43,000 nucleotides of DNA from Takakia lepidozioides (Eukaryota > Plantae > Bryophyta): contig JAKLZA010000148.1 of NCBI GenBank assembly GCA_030704615.1, positions 1 through 43,000 of the forward strand, written 5' to 3'. Shown in pieces: positions 38,501 through 43,000 of this stretch. The position numbers were made by a program, and so were the translations under genes. The number at the start of each line of letters is the position of its first letter. Position 1 is the stretch's first letter. The notes under the pieces are model-generated. The model saw only the letters and a program-made list of their open reading frames with translations. It was not told where the DNA came from and searched no databases.

Positions 38501-41229
38501 TCGGGCTAAGTCCCTAGTGGCTGGCCCGAAGTGGAAATTCGGCGCCATTTCCAGTGGCCCTATTGCCGTCCAGGGACTTAGCCATTTTCGGCTAAGTCCC
38601 TAGGGTGGCTGGCCCGGAACTGGAAATTCGGCGCCGTTTTCCAGTTCTAGGCCCTATTGCCGTCCAGGGACTTAGCCATTTTCCCTAGGGTGGCTGGCCG
38701 GAAGTGGAAATTCGGCGCCGTTTTCCAGTTCCAGGCCGTATTGCCAGGGACTTAGCCATTTTCGGGCTAAGTCCCTATGGGTGGCCCTGAAGTGGAAATT
38801 CGGCGCCATATTCCAGTTGTAGGCCCTATTGCCGTTCAGGGATTAGCCATTTTCGGACCTCATTGTTTTTCATGAATGCAGGTACTGTAAGTTCTCCCTT
38901 TTGGAGAAAGGTCATCTGTCTTTCGAGCCACCATTCTTCCTGGCATGGAGGAACCCTGGGGCTGACTCCATGTACACTGACGATATTGTGAAGGAGTGGC
39001 ATCTGGAACATTTGCGTGATTGCCCTTGGTATGTGGACCTTCCGCCCGGCTCGCTCGACCCATCCGAGTTTCAATTGAAGCTGGATGCTGAATTCCGACG
39101 AAACCGGGCTCCGCTGCCTCCGTTGGGTGCAAAAGAGGCAAAAGCGCTTGCGAACTCCAGGAAAGCGGCAGAGCTTGCTCAGGCAGGAATTCAGAGAAAT
39201 TGCATGAGAAGAGTAAAGGTCAAAGGAAAAAGGACAAGGAAACAGGTGACTGCAGTAACACCCAAAAGAAGAAAACCATCGGGGCATCGGAGGAGGCGCA
39301 GGAGGGGACCCAAGAGAGTGACTCCGACGCCGATTTTGTTCAAGGTCCTGCGACTGCTGTTGCTCCTACCCAGTCACCGGTCGTCCGGGTTCCCAAGTCA
39401 GTTCGGAGTGGGACTGGCTCTGCCAAGAAGTTGGCATTTGAGGGCGAGCCTACACGGCGGTATTCGGCGGTGACGTTTACGCACAGGCCAAAGCTAGAAC
39501 CTCCAACCATCATCCAATGCGTCAATGAGAGCTTCCTTGACGCTCTCGCTGCCAGGGCGAAGAAGGTGGCACACAACAAGTCTCTGGCGGAGCAGAAGGG
39601 GAAAGCCAAGAAGAGGGCTGCCGGTACAGAGCCTAAAGACACCCCTGGTTTTGAAGCCATGATGGAATTCTTCACGGCTGTGAGCACGAATTGCAAGAGC
39701 ACTCGGGGGGGGGTTGAGGTGGAGAGAGCTTGCGACATGATTCTCCTCGACATTCCAGATGGGGAGCTGCTGGAGGGCCTGGATGGTGTGCCCACCTGGA
39801 ACAGGTTTACTGAGGACTACTGGAAAGCCGGGTTTGGGCTGGCGGGGATGCTTCTGGATGACGGTGGATGTGTGGTTGTCCTTGCCACGAGAGGGAAGAC
39901 CACAGAGAATGCGGTGGCAAGGTGGACACCGAAAAGTGTCACCCCGGTCCTCCTCAGAAAATGGTTCTGCATCAGTACGCAGGGGTTGCGAACAGAGGGC
40001 CAAAGTGTAAGTTATCAATCTATTGCATTCACTTCATATTGTGGTGTATGTTAAGTAGACCCTGGAATTGATCCCTTCTTTGTTGGATGTGCAGACATTG
40101 GTGTTTGAGGCATATTGCTTTGTGAAGAGAGGGTCTACGTTCAAATTCCGCAACGACGGTCGTCTTGTTGATGCCGCTGTGGACCCTGTAACCTACGATG
40201 TCCTCTACAACTATGTGCCCCACTCTAGTATGCCGAAGGACACAAAGACAGGCAAACCGTGGCGGTACAGCCGGACCCGGAGCCCTGCTTTCATCCAAAC
40301 CCTCATGGAGACGTGCTCGGATGTCCAAGGGCGGATTCTGGACCTCACATGCGGCACGGGTAAGCCTTCACGTGCTCAGTTTGTCCCCTGGCCCCATTGC
40401 AATTGCATGCCGCAAGCTATTAACCGCCCGCTTTGTTCCTCAGGTGCTTCAATGTGGGCAGGGACGTTGTCCGACAGGCATGTGTTCGCCTTCGAGCCAG
40501 ATACTGCCCTCCACAACTCGGAACTTGCAGCGGCTGAACGTCTGCCGAAAGAGGAAGAGGCATCCTCGGAGGATGAGGAAAAATCCGAGAAGGAGCAGGG
40601 GGAGGAAGTTGGGATCGAGGCCGAGGAGCCCCCGGTTTACGAGTGAGTGGTGGCATTGTAAGTTGCCTCCAGATTTTGTGAGGCACCTCCCTCCGCTCTC
40701 TTATTTCATTGAAAACCCTTTCTGGTTGTGCTGGTATTGACATTCTTCAAGTGGATTTGTTCTTACTGTAGGATGCCAAGTACTGCCGGAGGGACGTCTA
40801 CACCGGAGTTCATGGGCAGGAGGAACGTGCCTTTTTTTGCCAGGGGGATTTCATGCCTAGTCCAGAAAGGGAGTACATCCTTCCTACTTATGCTGCCCGG
40901 CTTGCTTCGGTGTCCATTAGGAGGTGTTCCGAACGTAGTCGTGTACAGCAGATTTTAGACGAGGCAAGCCTCAAGAAAATGAAGATGAGGGAGGAGGCAG
41001 CAGCTATAGAGCCCGTCGGGCTCGTAGATTTGTGTTGGATTCTGCTGAGGAAAGTGGGGGAGAAGACGCAGAAGATTCCCAGGAGGTGAGGTGGACAGTC
41101 CCCCAAGGAGAGGACGGGATTTTTGAGAGGCATAGTGGAACTGATGCATCACAGAGCTCGGAGGATGAGGGGGATGAGGGGGATGAGGAAGAAGGTGGGG
41201 CAAGTTCCTCGGAGGGTGTAGGAGAGTAG
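35581..41229 (+). CDS. Multi-exon gene: charged N-terminus, ParB/Srx-like domain, helical middle, beta-class N4C/N6A DNA methyltransferase-like domain, acidic tail
   Basis: ParB-like VVRPALPGDIDKLKFSF..GY...FYVS...MFYVWDGNHRLLAW (36583-36998). Frame-preserving GT-AG introns at 37690-37774, 37901-37995, 38211-38881, 40007-40094 and 40360-40443. Probable further introns at 36999-37116, 37305-37404 (each needs an indel) and 40643-40771. MTase motif IV-like DMILLDIPDG, then LLDDGGCVVV, then spliced motif X-I-II RSPAFIQTLMETCSDVQGRILDLTCGTGASMWAGTLSDRHVFAFEPD. The true 5' end is uncertain. Confidence 0.8.
38278..38860. repeat. Intronic motif array C: ~6 tandem units of ~90 bp
   Basis: Unit GGAAATTCGGCGCCRTTTTCCAGTTCCAGGCCCTATTGCCGT..GGGACTTAGCCATTTTCGGGCTAAGTCCC. 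Contains an 11 bp inverted repeat and lies wholly inside intron 38211-38881. Confidence 0.92.
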
Positions 41230-41390
41230 TGCCCATTCCGGCTATGACAGTTAGAACACACTTGTATAGACGTGGCTTGCCACAAAATTTGCAATAAAAT
41301 GTTGCATTTCAAGTCCACTGGTGCCACATTCCAACTTCACATGACCCTATTTCCGTGCCTCCTAACCCTATTTCCGTGGACTCACAATGG

Positions 41391-41450
41391 TCTGCTCATG
41401 CTTTTTTTTTTTCCGCTCATGCTCATGCCGCTCATGAAATAGCAGCCCCC
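41391..41450 (-). repeat. Right TIR with GCTCATG subterminal repeats
   Basis: GCTCATGCTCATGCCGCTCATGAAATAGCAGCCCCC, inverted relative to 28923-28960. Confidence 0.85.
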
Positions 41451-41456
41451 CAAGCT

Positions 41457-41741
41457 AGGGGGGCGATTGTGTGGACTAGTGACTGCCATAGTGGGCAGCA
41501 TAGTGGCAGCCTAGTGACTGACTAGTTGTAGCCTAGTGGTTGGACTAGTGGCTGGACTGGTGGTGGACTAGTGGTATACTAGTGTGTGGTGTGCACATGT
41601 GTTGTGTGGTTTTGGACAGCAATGTAGTTGTGTAGCGATATGTATGCGCACGACAAAGACAAGCCCCCAAATTATGCAAACCCTAAATATATTTGTGAAG
41701 TTTTCTATGGGGAAGAACCATCCTCTCGCATGTCCCTTTCA
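41457..41741 (+). mobile_element. Putative PPT plus short 3' LTR of another retrotransposon
   Basis: AGGGGGGCGAT is followed by TGTGTGG (41468) ... CCCTTTCA (41741), with ACTAGT repeats and a TATA-like stretch inside. No partner LTR in the window. Confidence 0.4.
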
Positions 41742-42092
41742 GGGTAATTAGTCGATCTCGCATATTGTCTTACGCTCAAGACCAGACATCAAATATGCGA
41801 CTATCCATAGTTGTAGAAGATTTGTTGGAGGAGGGTTTTTTCTACTTTCCACACATGGCTCTTGCTCAAGAAAACGGAGAAGAAGCAAGTTATGACCTCG
41901 TCGACTTGTTGGGTTACAATGAGTTAGCCTAGCAAATGGTTGTTGACATACACGTCGTCTCTCTCCTCTAGTGACAATAGGTCCAATGTCAGGCTCCCAA
42001 TTGCCCTTCGTAACTGCAACCTTAAGTCCAGCAGACTTAGAGGTAGAGGACACGTCCCATGGTTGCTATGCCGCAACCTCTTGAGCAGTACT

Positions 42093-43000
42093 CTATGCCT
42101 GCTCAGTCAATGACAAGGCCTCATCCTGCCCCATCGTCTCATCCTTGAGGACCTCCTCAACCCGAGAAGAATCCCCAACCTCATCCATCACAGCCGCCTT
42201 GGCTGCCAACTCCCTCTGAACCTCGAGCACCTCCCACGTGTGCCATGGATGCATGCACCCCGTGGTCCTCACATGCTCGCCCCCACTCACTGCTTGTACC
42301 GTCTCGGTAGGCAGAGAGACCATCGAGGGAAGTGTGCTCCGCACTCTACGTTGCTCAGCCATAGCCAAGCTGATAATCCAGGTCAAGCAATTGAGATCCA
42401 TTGCTTGCCCCAACACTTGACGACGTGATGCCTCAGAAAGAGACGACACCGCCGTGGTACCAGTGGTAAAACCCATTGCCCGCTCACGCTCTTCAGCATT
42501 AGGCTCCACTAACTGCTGCAACTGAGCATCCCATAGGAGGCCAGGTCCACTATCCCGGAAAGCATGCGATCCTGGGAAGCTGAGCAGTGTAGGTAATGCT
42601 GCTCATGGACCCACCTTGTTGACCACTGTCAAAGGCAAACGGTCATCGTGTCTCACACGCTGAGACTGCCTCCCTGTGTCCAGAATGCTATCCACTGTGA
42701 GATGTGCTGGCCGCTGCACCCCATCAAATGCACGCTTGAGCAGTGCGGGTGGCATCAAGTTAGTCCACCATAGCCGTGGACGAGCCCGTGACCCCACTGT
42801 AGCTGCATCTAGCAACACTGCTGACCCAAGCCACGACCGGACTTGATGCACACTGGCCATCACCCTGGCCCGAGAATCGCCTATCAGTGGCACATTCTCC
42901 AAGATGTATGCTGGAGATATAGCTTGATGAAGCTGCAAGTGGCGCAAAACCCGCATCATCTCCCAAAACAGACCCGACCTCGAGTCTCGCAATCCATTGC
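42093..43000 (-). pseudogene. C5-cytosine DNA methyltransferase domain (DNMT3-like, intronless, probably retrotransposon-borne), partial
   Basis: GLRDSRSGLFWEMMRVL (post-motif IV), YILENV (VI), DAATVGSRARPRLWWTN (VIII), ALPTLLSF (TL motif), ERERAMGF (IX), RRQVLGQAM (X). ORFs 42603-42992 and 42093-42521 share a frame and are split by one TGA. Motifs I and IV (PCQ) would lie beyond 43000. Confidence 0.88.

Larger units (their letters stand above)
28923..41450. mobile_element. ~12.5 kb TIR-bounded MULE-like DNA transposon carrying a ParB-methyltransferase cargo gene
   Basis: Left end GAGGTTTGCTATTTCATGAGCATGAGCGGCATGAGC; right end on the reverse strand GGGGGCTGCTATTTCATGAGCGGCATGAGCATGAGC. It encloses two divergent genes and three arrays of a shared motif. 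No TSD could be confirmed. Confidence 0.85.

Noticed and set aside
38278-38860. CRISPR-like appearance of regularly spaced palindromic repeats (also 29158-29505 and 33500-34810)
   Set aside because: The intervening sequences are themselves repeated rather than unique spacers, there are no cas genes, and the context is eukaryotic and intronic.
28910-41460. Target-site duplication for the DNA transposon
   Set aside because: The left flank ...CAACAGC and right flank CAAGCTAGG share only a partial match, and the left flank is mostly LTR end, so no TSD can be supported.
41742-42053. Possible decayed Copia RT/RH (SRPDIKYA resembles TRPDIAYA) and ORF 41748-42053(-)
   Set aside because: Only a single short motif is present, and the surrounding sequence cannot be aligned by eye.

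Overview
This is eukaryotic, transposon-saturated DNA, most likely from a non-seed land plant (inferred from TE types and intron style). Scattered single-base indels differ between repeat copies, so many frameshifts may be read or consensus errors. Left to right the window holds: (1) a truncated MULE-type transposase (1-1158); (2) a Ty3/Gypsy LTR element on the minus strand (1159-14563); (3) the terminal ~870 bp of a TIR element and an older Gypsy RT/RH remnant (14564-16435); (4) a second, chimeric copy of the Gypsy element (16436-28920); (5) an apparently complete ~12.5 kb TIR-bounded DNA transposon (28923-41450); (6) a short putative LTR and a degenerate C5-cytosine methyltransferase running off the right edge. 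The DNA transposon is the most interesting feature. It encodes a MULE/SWIM transposase (-) and, divergently, a spliced gene (+) fusing a ParB/Srx-like domain (DGNHR) to a beta-class (permuted) N4C/N6A DNA amino-methyltransferase fold. Three non-coding regions of the element (intergenic, one intron, subterminal) carry arrays of one palindromic motif, GGAAATTCGGCGCCGAATTTCC. This suggests a transposon-encoded, sequence-directed epigenetic self-marking or anti-silencing module. All family calls come from motif recognition by eye, not from database searches.
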